NCBI GenBank assembly: GCA_028023455.1
Contig: JAQFVV010000009.1
Span: 496,001-560,000, forward strand
From: Epiperipatus broadwayi
Taxonomy: Eukaryota; Animalia; Onychophora
Length of the DNA: 64,000 nucleotides
Direction of reading: 5' to 3'
Shown: positions 13,401 to 26,720 of the stretch, in pieces
Layout: every line of letters starts with the position of its first letter
Numbering within the stretch: position 1 is the first letter of the stretch
Notes under the pieces: model-generated
What the model saw: the letters and a program-made list of their open reading frames with translations, nothing else
What the model was told of the DNA's origin: nothing
Database searches by the model: none
Translations under genes and position numbers: made by a program

Positions 13401-16199
13401 GAAAAATTGAAAAGTCATATCAAAATAATAATGAGAGTAAAAGGATTATGGATTAACACTGATATGATAAATCTAAAGAAGGTAGAAAATATAAACAAAG
13501 AAAAGCAAATATGTTTTTAAAAAAATTAACAATTATATAAGAGATAAGTAAGGCAAATGTAAATAGAATATGAATGAAGGAAAAAAGAAATTATAAAGAA
13601 AAATAGTTCTAACTTATTATACACTTAAAACCAGGATCATGAGAATGAAAAATAACTGAAATAACAAATTATAGTTTATTCATAAAAAAGAGTGATAGAT
13701 ATTTAGCAGAGATGAGAATCACATATAAGTGATATATATAAATAGACTACATTAGAAAAGATTTTAAAAATAAAATACTCAATATTTACATTGAAATTTT
13801 ACAAGGAAAGGGTAATTATTTTAAAGATATAATAAACACCTCCACACTTCCCCATTCTTTTCAAATTCATATAAATAAAGATATAATAAAAGACAAATGA
13901 CCACCAAGATGCATTTTGTGCTGAACCAGCAGTCATCAGTTGGCCCAGGTCACTATCTCTCATATATATCTCTATTATATGCAAAGTATTTATCTAGTGG
14001 AAATTGTTACATTTTCATTTACCATTGTCAAACTCCCTCCACTCACAACTTTGACGCCATCCATTTCCGATAAAAACACTAATCATTGTTGAAACTAGAG
14101 ATTATCTCTAGCACAGATATAAACTTTAAACCTCAGTTAAAGATTAATATATCTGATTTTTTAAATTTACACATACGGAGTTATTTTAACTGTTTATTTT
14201 ACATCACAATAAAAAAAATTATATAGGATCTTAAAAAAGAACAAAGCATATGATAGTAAGGCTTGAAAAAAGCAGTCAGCGATTATGTGTACACCTAACA
14301 TTTAGCAAATGATTGATGATGATTCACTTTAATTATGAAATAACCAGATACTATATTCTTTAATTATTTGCTATTGTACTATTTTAATTTTAATTCTAAA
14401 AATATAATTATAAAATGGGTTTTAATTTTCATTTAATATTTTTTTAGTATCAGATATCACACTTTTATCATCAGGTGAATGATCATTATTTATGTCATGA
14501 TTAGAACATATAATTTTTTTAGTGGCTCAAGTCATGATTTTCACATTTTAAATTTATAGATATTATAATAAAATATTTTTGAAACCATCTCTAAAAAAAT
14601 GACAATATTTTATTCAACTTGGTTCTATAGAGCCAATATGAGCTTATAACAGCACCCCACTCATAACAATAAGTTTACATTCTTAAATTTTTTAGTCTTC
14701 TTCACTTGCAACATAAATTAGTTACAATGCTTAAGCTTCTCGTTCAAGTGTTTCATACGCTTTTTTTTTTTTTTTTTGTAATTTGTATATTTAAATTAAG
14801 TAAATCTATTCATCATTACATAACAAGAATGAACTTTTAACCACAAGCATTTATCTTTTTACAAAATTTATTTCTCATTAAGATTAAGTAAATTTATATA
14901 AATGAGAGAATTAACTGATAGTGGAAAGAAAGAATTAGTTGATATTGAAAAGTAGCCAATAAATTTTCTTTCAGTAATAATACTAATAAAAAAAAAAATG
15001 AAATAGTTTATTGCTCAAGAGTTCATAAGAAGTGTGAGCATTGGAAATGACAGAAGTGGAGCGATAATCTAGTCTGCCACTACCAATGCATTTAACCATG
15101 CAGAACAATTGTGATTTTTTTTTTGCAAAAAAAAGAACACAACAAAGATAAAGTTAGTATAAGGAACAGGAAAATTTCATTCAGTTTTCTTAATGTTATA
15201 AAATATTTAAGTTTTAAATAAAAACAAATACATTTAAATCTAAATTTACAGAACTGATGTAAATGCTTTTAAATAATTAAAAAATGAAATAATGATGGAA
15301 GTTTTAGATATACAGATTTGAAAAAAAATTGGAAATGATAAGATGAGAAAATAGAATTAATCAAGCTGAAATGTTAGTGAAAATGAATGAATGCATTAAT
15401 TATTTAGAAATATATGAAGCTGAATTGGATTGGACTATATTGACAAGTAAAAAATTGTAAAAAATAATTTTGGAATACTGAGAGCAGAGCAAGATAAAAA
15501 AAAGAATTAAATCAAAGATAAGTGATAATCTAAAAGATAGTACTATTTATAAGTGTTTAAAAAAATAGAATAAAAAACATTAAAGTTTAAAGATGATGTG
15601 CAGAACTTATCTTTTGACAAATAAATTTATGACCTAATAAATCATATTCATGAGATCACATTTACTTTATATATATATTTAATTAAAACACTATTATGAA
15701 ACAGCACAATTTTTTTTTATTCTACTCTCATTTTTTGTCAAGATATAATTAATATTATTATAAATACAACTTGAAAAAATTATAATAATACATGCAGAAA
15801 ATAAAAACAAATTCAACAATAGATATAAAAACAAATTTGTAAATTTAATATTAGAAGTTTTTTAGTTAAGATGTTACTATAAATTAAAATAGTATCAACT
15901 ATCTTGGATTTAGATTATCGAGATGTTATGATTATTTGATGACATGATTTTTTTTTTTCTGAAATTTTATAAATTTTGCTCTTAGTAGCTCTCTATATGA
16001 AGCTTTTAAAGCTAAAACAATTTAAAAAACCACACTGCCATATCTAAATGTAAAATTAAATGATCAATCATAATCTGATATTTGTTTAATAATTATTTAC
16101 AATGCTTTGTTTTTTAGTTTTATGACATGCCAAACTTGAATAAGCACAGTCTACTCATAATAAAAAAACATAGCACTTTCGCAACCAAAATTTATCCAA

Positions 16200-18250
16200 T
16201 GGTGTTTGCTAGAATATTATTGCTAAAACAAGTTTCAATTTCTTAAAAACTCTTTTCCTCTGTATATTGTATCTTGACTGAGCATTTGATGAAGTTAATA
16301 TATATTCATTTTTCCATTACATTTTAAATCTCTTACATAATCATTGCAAATGCAACATCCATCTTGCAGAATGATTAATTACATCAAAAATTGGCCTCCA
16401 TAATGAACATTCTAAAAGTTTTCCATTGTTTAAGATTATTAGCACCAAACACAGAATTCCTCACTGTCTCTAGCCCTACTTAAAGTTTTTGTAGATAAAT
16501 TATTATATCAGAACTCAATTCAGACTCTCATATTTACATATTACTTCTTGAGTAAGATTATTATCTTAGCCTATACAGATGATCATTATATATTAGTAAT
16601 TTAGAAGTAATAGAGACAATAATCCATTGTTTTGCAAATCATTAGTCAACAAAATCTCTTTGAAAACTAGTAGCATAACAGCTTTACACTGAGAAATCAC
16701 TATATTTACTATTATCTCATCAAATTTCTTAAAAGATTCCTCTTGATTCTTCCTGAACTAAAACCAATGCAGTTATCATCAGAATTAGTAGACATAAAAT
16801 CTGCATCATAAAATCAGGCTTATTATAAACCATCACTATATTACAACTAAAATATATATTTTGAATATAATTATTAAGATATTTTAAGCTTCAATTTTCC
16901 ACACTATGTGAATTCAATTCAGATGGTCATAGAGATTAATAGAACTATGTTGAAATACTTTTGTGGAATCTCTATGAATTAATAAAATATCATATACACC
17001 TTACACAAACACTTTTCAATACCATTTAATATAATAGAATTTATTCCTCCTTGCTTAGTTTCAAGTGTCCAGCAGTCACCATCAGGGCTACAATATTCAA
17101 ATATATATAACCATATAATTAATATAATGCATACATACTTATAAGCAATATCCTGTTATAAATTTTAAAATAACAATGAGGGAGGAATAAATTTTATTAT
17201 ATTAAATTGCATTGAAAAATGTTTATGTAAGGTGTATATGGAATTTTATTTATATATATAAATCAATGCAGAATAGGATAACAAGTGGAAAGAATCTCTA
17301 TGACAGATTTTATTCAGCACTTTATCTCAGTGATCTTGGTTTAGTAAATTCTACATTCTTTATGCAATTTATAAATATTCAGAAGGACCAGTAATGATTC
17401 CAATTTTGATATAAATGTTCAATGAATATATACCACTAAACATCACATGATCACCATCTATATACAAGCACATAATTGTTGTAAACAAAGGCAAAACTCT
17501 CCATACAGTAGTGCCACCCTGTGCACTAGATAGGGATTTTATGCACAAGCCTTCTGGCATCCATTGATTACTCTGTTTGGCACAGGGTGGCACTACTGTA
17601 TGGAGAGTTTTGCCTTTGTTTCAATGAATATAGTTAAAATTTTCTATATCACAAAATAGGATTAAACAAATCAAATATTTATAAAAAGGGAGTTTGTAGA
17701 ATAGAGAGCCTCATATAGATATGTTGGACAATATCAATTCATGTAAAAACAGTATAGATGGACATTACATAACTACTCTCTTCATTGATAAAACAATCAT
17801 TATTACATGTCTATGTGCTATCTAACCATTACATTTTTGCTGTTGATAGGTATATGCATTGGTAGGATATACTACTCATTTAATAGAGAAAATTATATTC
17901 TTGCTTTCTCATTTTGCTCGGGAAATAAAAAAAAAAAGGTATTTCAAGAACACAATTTTTGGTCCTATCTATTTTACCATAACCCTAAATTCGTTTTGGA
18001 AACAACTATTGCCATGGTTAATGGGTTATGATTTAATTCTATTTGAATAGTCTAGTCATCGATATACAATTATTCTTTCAATTCTTCTACGTAGTAGAGT
18101 GAAATAAATGAATTATCTGTTTGAAACCTTCTACTTTGCTGCAATATTGGAGTGAATAAGGTGTGCAGTATTTGTTACTATGTAATTATAATTACCATAT
18201 ACAGTGAACTTGGTTTTGATATAAAAATTCATTACTTTCATATGTTTACA
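16200..18250 (-). mobile_element. Highly degenerate Gypsy pol remnant (RNase H and integrase zinc-binding region)
   Basis: Minus-strand remnants IELNHNPLT (like IxTDHxPL), QEYNF (like LxEYxF) and YWRPIFDVI (like FYWP...DV). Confidence 0.5.
17483..17621. repeat. Perfect 42-bp inverted repeat with a 55-bp spacer
   Basis: AAACAAAGGCAAAACTCTCCATACAGTAGTGCCACCCTGTGC (17483-17524) is the exact reverse complement of 17580-17621. Confidence 0.95.
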
Positions 18251-20349
18251 TTCAATAAGAAATCTTGAAAAAAGATTTTTATCGATAGTTTATCTCTCCT
18301 TTGGCTATACATATTTATTTAAAAATTGATAATGGATATGAAATTACTATCTAATTGGTGATTAATAAATAGATCGTGTTTATCTCATCCTTCCAAACAT
18401 TATGTTAAACTCTATTTAAAAGGTTAATTGAAGATTTTATTTAATAAAAGATTAAACTTAATAATAAAAAGAGGGTTACTGTCTAAATACTAAAAATATA
18501 ATTAGGACAATAATTATAATCAGTAGATTAATTAAAAAAAGATAATCTGAACATAATTATATTAATTAAATTTAAATTTACAATAGTTACTCCAGAAGTA
18601 AAGAAACATAGTAAGTGAACATAGGACAGTATAAAAAGGAGAACAGAAATTTTTAATGACTGATTGCTGCAGTAGAAGATAGTCTAATTCGAAAAGTGAA
18701 TCCATAAACCTAAGAACTTTTTGCAGGTCATTATTTATTTTTATTATGTGCCACAGGGTTTTTATCTTAAGTATATAATTGTAATATATAAAAATATATT
18801 TTATGGTAGATTTTGTAAATATGTTTTCTAATAATTAAAATAGAATGTAAATATGTTTGCTAATAATTAAAATAGAAAGTATTATTTTAATTCAAATTGC
18901 TTATTTAATTTATTAAAGAGTTATCAAGAGATATGAGAACAAAATTTATATCTATAAGCTCTCGTATTAAAGGAAAATTAATAAATGGGAAATTTGAATA
19001 ATGCTTTGAAGCGAGACAAAAGACTATGAATAATTTCATACTGGTTTTTTTTTCATCTATCTTATTTTATAAATAAATTTATTTTAAGATAAATGAAAAC
19101 AAAACATTATGTTTGGATAAGTGTTTTGAAAAAAATAAACCAACAAGATAAATTTTTAATTATATTAAACAACTTTGAAGATCATATTTAAAGAAATTAT
19201 GTCCTCATGGTTTAAATAATAATAAAAAAATATTTAACTAAATTTAATGTATTAAAAAGATTTCTGATAAAAGCTGCCAGTCATCTGAAACAGAAAATTA
19301 AATAAAAAATGTTTTAAAAAATGCAAAAAAGGGTGATGAATTTTATTACACTTATGCAGGAAATAAAAAGTATAATGGACTATAATAATAGAAAAGTGAT
19401 ACTTAGATGAAAAAATGGAGACTGAATACATTGCTAAAAAAGTGATAATTGATGGACGAAAGCAAAATGGCCAATGAACAAAAACACACACTCACACAAG
19501 ACATGAGAGAATATGCAACATTTGGGATTATTTATAAAAACTTGGTAAGAGTTTTGTGTGAAAAGTTGGAAGTCTTTATCCAACAATGGAATGTTCATAA
19601 CTTATGCAGTACACATATTGGCTATATTGTACTTGTTTGCGAGTGATTGATGAGGATGACAATACAAATATGAATAGCCCCAAATATATTTATGCTCATT
19701 TCATTATTAAACAATAAAATTTCGATAACCAGATTTATAAATATCATTTCAAAAAAAGAAAAGCGTGAACCAAAGCCATAACTGCAATTATAGAAAAAGT
19801 TTGTTTAAAAACACACTTTAATTACATTAAAAACTCATAATTTTATAAAGAGCATAAGCATTAAACACTATAATAGTACGTTTTAAGAGAATTGGAAAGG
19901 GACACAGAAAACCATAATAATTACCACAAACAAAAATCAATTTTTTCACTGATAATCCAAATCTCTCTCTATTTCAATGTCTTCGTTTTTAGTTTTTTAA
20001 AAACATCTTTTGTAAGGCTGATAATAAACATTTTTCTCTCCCAACAAACAATAATCTACAGCACAGTATTGACATTTTAAAGAAACACGAAGATCAATAT
20101 TTTTGTAACTACAGTTATAATCTTTCATAAAATAATAAAAAAAACGAAATTGTATTAGTGGTGAAAATTTGCAGTTTATAATCAAAAATATACTTTATAT
20201 CAATTTATAAAAATAATAGACTAAATGAATGAAGTTTTAAAACTATTGAAGACATTCCACATAAAAAAATGCTGAATAACGTTATATTCTTATACTCTGA
20301 ACTCTAAAATAAATTGAAAGGTTTTACTGCTATATAAATTATTACCTAC

Positions 20350-20568
20350 CTGCACCCCTGTAGTATTTTCGAAAAAGAATAAAATTAATCGTTGATATAA
20401 AGAATACATAAAATCGTCCCCAATTTGAAAAAATTTATGAGGTAAAATCCAAGTCACAGATCGCCATGCCAACCATGCTAGAAAATACTGGGGTGCTACA
20501 CCAAGCATAAAAATTGCCGGTAAGACGTAACGAAAAGAATTAATATGAACAACTGTAGATAATAACAT
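20350..20568 (-). CDS. AGPAT5: 1-acyl-sn-glycerol-3-phosphate acyltransferase epsilon, first coding exon (73 codons)
   Basis: MLLSTVVHINSFRYVLPAIFMLGVAPQYFLAWLAWR...YSLYQRLILFFFENTTGVQ closely matches the vertebrate AGPAT5 N-terminus (MLLSLVLHTYSMRYLLP...YCVYQSMVLFFFENYTGVQ). It ends at a phase-0 donor CAG|GTAGGT after 219 nt, the same intron position I recall for the human gene. Confidence 0.93.
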
Positions 20569-20900
20569 GTTAATTTAGATGGGGTTTCTACAAAACAACA
20601 AATAAGTATCACTATACGGCTTCAAAAATCATTTGGAATAAAAGGGGGAAACGTTCAAATCTATCACGGATATAAACGTAAACCAACTAATAATTTCCTC
20701 CCCCCCCTACTCCATCGTCTGCATTTTGTTTATCTCGTTTTTAACGAGAAAAGTTTAATATTTTATGTGAATTAAGTTTGCGAAATATGTAATAATTTAT
20801 AAATATATCTGACAATAATTTTTTATAATGTTACGATTTAATTTAAATATAACTATTTTTAATAATATGTTCATTAATATAAACGCTTCTAATTTTAAAT
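20569..20900 (-). promoter_or_regulatory. CpG-retaining promoter/5' UTR region of AGPAT5
   Basis: CG dinucleotides cluster from ~20390 to ~20930 against a strongly CpG-depleted background, immediately upstream of the start codon. Confidence 0.6.
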
Positions 20901-21108
20901 ATACTTATTAATGAAATTTATCGTAAATCAATTTCATTACATTTATGCCATTAATTAATCTATTGTTTTAATTACTAGACACTCTTCTTACATCCCCAAA
21001 TTATATACTGTATTGTGTTATTTATAAAATATTACTTAATTTTAAATTTTATATAAATTCAACCCTGTTATATTTATTTATCTATACAATATATCTATAT
21101 TCTATATA

Positions 21109-24074
21109 GGACTATAGAAAGAGTTTGCTACTCACTGAAGAAAATCCTTGGATTCCTCTTTGAGGGCTTTTAAAGGAACCGAACAATGTAAATTCCTAAT
21201 GTACACTTCATAGATTTTTGTAATTGCAGCTGTTATTTCTATATGATTTTTTTATATAAATAAACGAACATGGATGAGTTGTTCACCATGACTGGGTTTT
21301 TATCAACACATATCAGCAAACCTGGGGACTTCATTGGCTTTTATCTCAGAATTAAAAATAAAAAAAAACTCATGATCTTTCATCTCTCCTGCCTAATAGT
21401 TTTTAATTGAAATATCAGTGGAGTTTTTTTGAAGGCATGATGAATGTGAGTTGGAAGAACTTTTTTATAATATGGCAGGCAAAATTAAATTATGGTTTTT
21501 ATTTTCAATAGTGATGGAATGTGAACAGTGATAAGAATCTCTTGAGTGTGGACTCATACTATCATTCCATGAAACCTTTTATTTAGGTATCTACAATTGC
21601 AGATCACTTTCATGTGCTGGGGAATTGCAAGAATTTAAAGAAAAATTAAATGAAACATTGTGAAATTAGAAAAAAAGTTGAAGAAACAAATAATTTAAAA
21701 TGTGGACATGTACTTTATTATAAAAACACAAATCACAAATATAATACAAATGGAGTGGATTTATTATAAATAAGTGGAAATACAATATTGTGGAGTCAGA
21801 GTGGAAAATTAGTTATTCAAATTAATGGAAAATACTGATTGCAGATAATTTAGCTAATGTGCCAACAAGTTCTCAACGTGATAAAGAAATTGAAAGTTTT
21901 TATATGAATGTGCAGAATGCTTTTGATCAGACCAAACATTTTTAAATTGTTATGGTGAGGCTTTGGTAAACAATTGAAAGTTTAAAATGTTGTAGGTAGA
22001 TTTATTTATGGTGATAAATATGAAAGAGGATATAAATTTGTGAAGATCACAAAAAATAAAAACTATGCTATGAATCTTTTCCTTGAAAAAAAATAAAATA
22101 AAATAAATGTAAAAACATCCAATTGAAGATACAGCAGAATTAGATTATATTTTGACTAACAGACATATGAATTTCAAAAATGTAATGTTCTTAATAGATT
22201 CAACAGGGATCAACCATCAGTTGATGAGATGTAAAACAAATATTAATGAGAAAATAGTATTAACAATTGATAATGAATTTAAATTAGAACTTGCAACTCA
22301 TTTTAAAATGTCTGGTATTAAAAAGCAGCAAATTACAAATAAATTTTCACTTTAAGACAGGATGATGCATAAAAAAAACAAGGAATATGAAAATTTTTTA
22401 AAAAAATATTTCATTAACAAAAAACTAATATCTAAAGTTTTATGAATTTATAATGATATAAAGTATATACATAATTTTGAATTGGCAAAGAAAGCTATAT
22501 GTAATAGAGAAAAAAAATCTCCAAAATGTAAAGCAACATTTTGGTATTTGAAGAAAAATTATTTCTTCAAAAAGAAGAAAAGATAGAATTATTACTAAAA
22601 AGAGAGATGACATCATGAAATATGTAGAAGTGTTTATATTTAGTAATAAAGAACAAGAAAACAAAATATCCCCTACAGTTTTTATATCTGAATTGCATAG
22701 GATTTTAAATGGAAAAGTGAGACTTAAACAATTAAATCTATAAAGAAAAGCAACACTCTAGGAAGTCATAGAATTATAATTGATATCTTAAAAATTTAGG
22801 TGAAGAAATTAAAAAATTGTGGACAAAGTTATATACTTAATATCTAAATAATAAAAATGCAGCAGATGACTGGAAGAATGTAGCAATAATATCGGTTCTG
22901 TGTAAAAATTTTGCTAAGATAATCACAACTCATCTATAGCAAAGTTTGGATTTTAACCAATCAAAAGAACAAATTGCATTTAAAAGTAATTTTAGCATAG
23001 TTGATTATATTAGAGTATTGAAAGAAATTATAGGAAAGATCAATAAATATGAGTTGCCATTATGCTTTGAATTTGTAGATTATGTAAAGATATTTGCTTC
23101 TATGGTGATTAAAGCATTGAATCATTGAGATATAATTCTGGGATATTGTTATATTCTGAAAAACATTTACTAAATGCAACAACAATGATTAGATTACATG
23201 ATGATATTAAGAAGATTGGCAATGAGAAGGGTCGATAACAGAATGATCCTAATATCTCTAGAATGTTTTTTATCACAATTTTACAAAAAATATTTTGTGG
23301 ATTAAAATAAGAAGCTAAGGAAATAAAAGTAAATAGACATTATTTAAGTTATTATATTCTGCAGATGATGTACTTGTTTGTTTGTTTGTTTTTTGCCAAT
23401 AATGTTTAAGAACTGAAATGTTCCAAGAGTTACAGATGAAAATAAGAAAGTGGCACTAAAGATTAAGTAAAAAAATGTTAATGTTCAATGGATTTCCTCA
23501 AAAGAAAAAAATAAAGATTGATAATCATAAACTTAAAGAAAATAATAACTACGAATATCTTGGTCAGATTATTAATACAGATGGAAACAATGGATTAAAT
23601 TAATCAAGAAATTAAACTTGGATAGGGTATTTTTTGTAGAAATAATATTGAAAGGAGATGTGCTTATATGTCTAAAAATGAAAGTTTTTTAATAGATGTG
23701 TTTTACCAGTTTTTATTTATGAGTCTGAGAGCTTGAACACTTAACAGAAAAACAATTCAGAGATTTCAGATCACTCAACAAAATATGAAGAGATGTAGTT
23801 TAGCAATAAATAATAAGAAATCTAAAATAAGTACATGAGAGATAAAATAAACAATTATTATTGATATTATTGAAAGGATTAAGAACCTAAGTGAAGATGA
23901 ACTGGAAATATTGTTAGAAGAGATGATATTTGAAGTTTTAAATGGATCTCAAGAAATTGTAAGACTTAAAAAGTGATTACATATGAAATAGATGGATGAA
24001 TTTTAAAAAGTTTTCTAAACTTGAGTAGATCTTTATTAAAAATGATTCAATAATCATCGACAATAATGATTATG
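21109..24074 (+). mobile_element. Old, near full-length, heavily decayed RTE LINE (same family as 28532-31826)
   Basis: It is collinear with the younger copy from the 5' UTR (GGACTATAGAAAGAGTTTGCTA) to a degenerate (GAT)n tail. It is flanked by the direct repeat ATATTCTATATA at 21097-21108 and 24075-24086, and has many stops and indels. Confidence 0.88.
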
Positions 24075-24199
24075 ATATTCTATATATACAAAGTATATAA
24101 AATCACAAATTATTCAACAAAATTTAACACTAACATGTTGCAGACACTCATAAACAAGTATAACCAGTCATTCTAACTTCAAAGAAAGAAAAGAAAAAA

Positions 24200-26720
24200 A
24201 CTGCTTTAGAAATTATTTTTGCAATGACTATATTTTTTTGTGAAAAATGAATATGTTTACATTCATAACATGGTGACTCACTTTTCTATTTAATATTTTG
24301 CAATATTGTCTTTTAATTTCTTCAGTAGAAATTTTTTTAGTTTTAAATAGTTCAAAACCATGTCTAATTGGAGCTCTTCAATGTATTCTATTCTCTATCA
24401 TATCTTTTCAATGGAAACAATCAATATCGATTAAACTTCTTTTAAAGATCTTTGAGATAATCCTTAAAATATAGAAATGATGTATCTCTCTCTTTACAGA
24501 TATATTTAAATTCACCACTGCATTGTTTATTCATTCTACATTTCCAGTTTAGTGAAAATGTGATTTTATAATAATGAACTTTATAGTATATGCAGCAAGT
24601 TAAATAGCGTATTGATTTGTTTTATGATCTTACCATTGTATTCTTGAAATTTTATGAAGAATGCTGAAATAAGTCTTTTCTAATTCCTTTATATTGTATT
24701 GATAGGATGTCCAAATCTTATTTCCATATAATAAATAAAATAAAATAACAGCTTTATATACAATTAATTTAGTTGAGTAGTTATTTCCTGTGATGAAATA
24801 CTGTATCTTTTATTTTGTTAAAAGTGCTTAACATATTGGAGTCTGTGTTATATTTTAACACCTCCTTTATATTTATAAAACAATGGTTAACATTCTCAAA
24901 TTGATACCATCTATGAGAAAAGTTGGTGAGGGTCATTGGTTAGTAAAGAACTCTTTGAATATTAGTGTTGCATCAAAATATCAATAACATTCTGAAATCA
25001 ATTTTTCAACTTGAAAAAGGAAAACAATCATTAGAATATTGAAGTCCAGAATTCAAGAAATAGAAGTTCTTATTTTTGTTTTTTAATTGATTCATATTAA
25101 AAAGTTTACCATCAAACTTATATTGCATCTTGTTTCCTGTTGCATTAAGTCATCTATAAACAGTTCCAAAGTAAACTGTCATAAAAATTGAGCAAGAATA
25201 CATTATTGTTTAACACAAGTTTTCATTTCCAATACCTCAGATTTTCATTCTTGGAATAATAATACTTTGTCTCATTCTAGTCATGTAGAAGCAGTATAAC
25301 ATGAATAAATTTTGGTGGACAATCAATTAACTTCAAACAATGCCATAAACCTGCTCAATTAATGGAATCGTGTTTTGTAAATCAATAAGGTAATATATAA
25401 ATTACTCTTTTGTTCCTTTTACTTTTCTTGCATTTACCTGGTAATAAAAACTACATCTATAGAACTTTGATTTTCTAAGATCACATTAAGTCTCTGGTTA
25501 CCATTCATCTCTGACTGGATACAAACTATTCAACAAAAGCCTTAAAAATACTTTTGCAGTAATGATCAATAACAATATCCCATGATAATTACAGCAATAT
25601 TGTCTATTCCTTTTATTTTTAAAAACTGGAATAATAAAAGCATCTTTAAAATCAGGCAGCACAACCTTCATGGGTTTATGTGTTCCTAAAAAATTTCAAT
25701 ATTTTTGAAACTAACATATCCCTTCCATAATTTAAAACATCTCCAGATATTTCATCAAGACTGCAGTTTTTCCATTTTTAAGATTACAAAGAGATATTTT
25801 AATTTCATTATGTTAGATATCTTTGACAAAGCTAAATGCGTAGATAAAATAGATATTTCATTAAAAGTCATTATCTCAATTTTGTAACATTATCCAAAAG
25901 ATGATCAAAATACTTCTTTCACTTGTTTAAATGTTTTTGTTATCTTATAAGAGAATGCCAATACTGCTTCTAATATATTTTTTCTACCTTTTCTCAGGTC
26001 TATATGTCGATTTCAGTGCATCACAAAAAGTGCTACAGTGACCACAATGGATGTCTATATCTTTTTTGCAGTTTTCATCCACCAATAATTTTAAACCTTT
26101 AGTTATTGAACCTCTTTCTTCAGATAGCTATATTTATTATGAAGTTTCACATTTAATTTACTACTCTCCCAATTAGAAAATGTCATGTTTTTATCAAATT
26201 ACTAATAATAAGATCATTGTTTAAAAACAGTCATAATCCCTTTTTTTAGTTAACTCAAAAATAGACTTACTTGTATCCATAATATTTTAAGAGAATTCCT
26301 TGCTTCAATAGTAAAACAATCCTACAGATTCAAATAGTAATTCTAGGGTTTAATAAATCTATGAACATCTACTTTCTTGTGAATATAATTGGAATAAGAC
26401 TCTTTTATTGCATCAATCATTTTAATCTTGGAGTGTACTAATTCATGATCCATCTAACAATCTGTATTTACTAGTAATCATGTAAATGATCTCTTGTATT
26501 GTGATTGCTAACTACAATATAATCTATTAATTGTCATTGGATACATGTTCTTTTATAGTGTTTTTTCTACCTAAATAAAATATTTATGATAGTCAAGGCA
26601 TGTGCTGTGCATAAATCCAGTAACAATGTCATATATTCAGCCTGGCCAAAATCTACTATTTGTATCAATACTTGTATTAGTCTCCAAGAAGAAAAAAAAT
26701 GTTCTTCTAATAGTATTACT
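24200..26720 (-). mobile_element. Degenerate RTE LINE of the second family (endonuclease and RT remnants)
   Basis: Has an LLDLCTAHALTI endonuclease remnant near 26600, and the RT/3' part is homologous to 7500-8520. Confidence 0.65.

Noticed and set aside
13799-14090. GC-richer patch and 61-aa ORF as an AGPAT5 exon
   Set aside because: No frame resembles AGPAT5 exons 2-8, and there is no convincing splice pair.
14880-15700. Possible hAT (ZMYM-like) remnant
   Set aside because: Only a vague HExSxxH-like impression, too degenerate to call.
18600-19700. Possible P-element/THAP9 or other DNA transposase remnant (ORF 19449-19646)
   Set aside because: No diagnostic motif could be confirmed.
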